Positions 30,938 to 32,000 of a stretch of DNA of 32,000 nt are shown piece by piece. Position 1 is the first letter of the stretch. Each line of letters opens with the position of its first letter. Both the position numbers and the translations under genes were made by a program. The notes beneath the pieces were generated by a model. That model worked only from the letters and a program-made list of their open reading frames with translations, made no database searches and had not been told where the DNA came from. Origin of the DNA: Wolbachia endosymbiont of Drosophila innubila (GTDB taxonomy: Bacteria; Pseudomonadota; Alphaproteobacteria; Rickettsiales; Anaplasmataceae); assembly GCF_021378375.1 (NCBI RefSeq), contig NZ_CP076228.1, forward strand, positions 1,258,588 to 1,290,587, given 5' to 3'.

Positions 30938-31675
30938 CTATATCAAACTCTCCATCTTATATTGAGGATCAGATGCAATGCCATACACTCTATTTGGCGG
31001 AGCAATTTTGTTCTCTATACCAAAAACTATACCTTCAATTATTGCTGTGAGTACTTTTTCAAGGTTACAATCTGTTCCAGGAACACGGTGCTCTAGGCGG
31101 CATCTTTTGGAATCGTTGCCAAAATAGGGAATTCTTATCGCAGCAGTTCTGTTATTTACTCCCCAACTAATCGTAGTTGGAGTGTGAATATCCGGATACT
31201 GAAATCTTAAATATGAATCATCATTTGGAGCAAAAAACAACATATGTTTTTTCATCATTGCACATAATCCACCAATACTATGAATCAGATAGTCACTGTA
31301 CTTTTGCTCATTGATATAAAATAAGTTACCGTTATTTGAATTCACGAGATTAACATGCACATTTAATGCACTGCCTGCTCTATCCAAATAAGGCTTTGCT
31401 TTAAAAGAAACATTCCCACCTAGTTTTTGTGCTGTTTCAGTAAGTGATTGTTTTGCTAACTCAAAATGCTTAATTAAATTGTAGGAGTTCGTATAACAAC
31501 CACTTTTTATCTCATACTGATGTGTAGAATTCTCCTTCTCGCAAGAAAATTCAAGAGATGCTATTTTATTTTTGATGCTATTCAGAAATAAGTATTCTTT
31601 TTCTATTCCTTCAATGTAAAACTCTAGTTCAATACCGAATACAGCATAACAACTCAAATTACTTAATATAATCAT
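30938..31675 (-). CDS. Short glutamine-synthetase-like protein (catalytic-domain-like, PuuA-type motifs)
   Basis: 245 aa with FGIELEFYIEG, AGSALNVHVNL, FFAPNDDSYLRFQ, ISWGVNNRTAAIRIPYF and RCRLEHRVPGTDCNLEKVLTAIIEGIVFGI. Confidence 0.85.
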   Translation of the reverse strand: MIILSNLSCYAVFGIELEFYIEGIEKEYLFLNSIKNKIASLEFSCEKENSTHQYEIKSGCYTNSYNLIKHFELAKQSLTETAQKLGGNVSFKAKPYLDRAGSALNVHVNLVNSNNGNLFYINEQKYSDYLIHSIGGLCAMMKKHMLFFAPNDDSYLRFQYPDIHTPTTISWGVNNRTAAIRIPYFGNDSKRCRLEHRVPGTDCNLEKVLTAIIEGIVFGIENKIAPPNRVYGIASDPQYKMESLI

Positions 31676-32000
31676 AAATTTGCTTCAGTAAATCTATATT
31701 AGGCTAGCTATATTTATATGAATACTTTACTTATTTGCCAGTAAATTTAACATCTTATTTATACATAATGTATTACTGTTTTTAATAGCATGCTTCTAAT
31801 CCTCGATACAAGCGACATTTACAAATTGATCATTTTTTTGAAATAAAAATGATCAATTTTAATGTTTTTATACCCTTTACAACCCATCAAAAAATCACCA
31901 TAATTTTTAGTATGTATTAAGTAGTATTAGCTTTTCATTTTGCAGTAAGCTATTGATTATCTTATATTTTCTAATTATTGCTTTTTTCTTGGTGTGGTAT

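Overview
The window looks like Wolbachia-type (Rickettsiales) chromosome: AT-rich, mostly single-copy core genes, with degraded IS elements and palindromic repeats between them. No rRNA, tRNA, CRISPR array or intact prophage was recognised.

Genes supported in order: IS110-type transposase fragment; GDSL hydrolase (-); rpoD (-); Mrp/Mnh cation:proton antiporter cluster C-B-DUF4040-G-F (-); rpoZ (-); XRE/HigA-like regulator (-); purE (+); mutL (+, split by a 1-nt poly-A frameshift); hairpin-rich intergenic region; sucA (+); unknown gene split by a 914-bp IS5-family element with a TTA target duplication; GTA/phage-tail DUF2460 protein (-); DsbA-like protein (-); AAA-ATPase stub plus Fic protein with an N-terminal inhibitory motif (+); ubiD (+); ubiA, rbfA, infB, nusA and an RND efflux permease (all -); second 914-bp copy of the IS5-family element; unknown membrane protein (+); short glutamine-synthetase-like protein (-).

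The most interesting non-obvious signal is a pair of diverged intergenic elements of about 350 nt, in inverted orientation (about 9545-9890 + and 20415-20770 -). Each has a conserved TTGACA-N17-TATxAT promoter-like sequence and a conserved T-rich 3' block. A third partial copy lies at 20269-20400. This is a candidate duplicated noncoding RNA family. Other leads are the mutL frameshift, a possible bridge-RNA remnant upstream of the IS110 fragment, the Fic/ATPase locus and the IS-interrupted gene, whose original frame can be rebuilt exactly.
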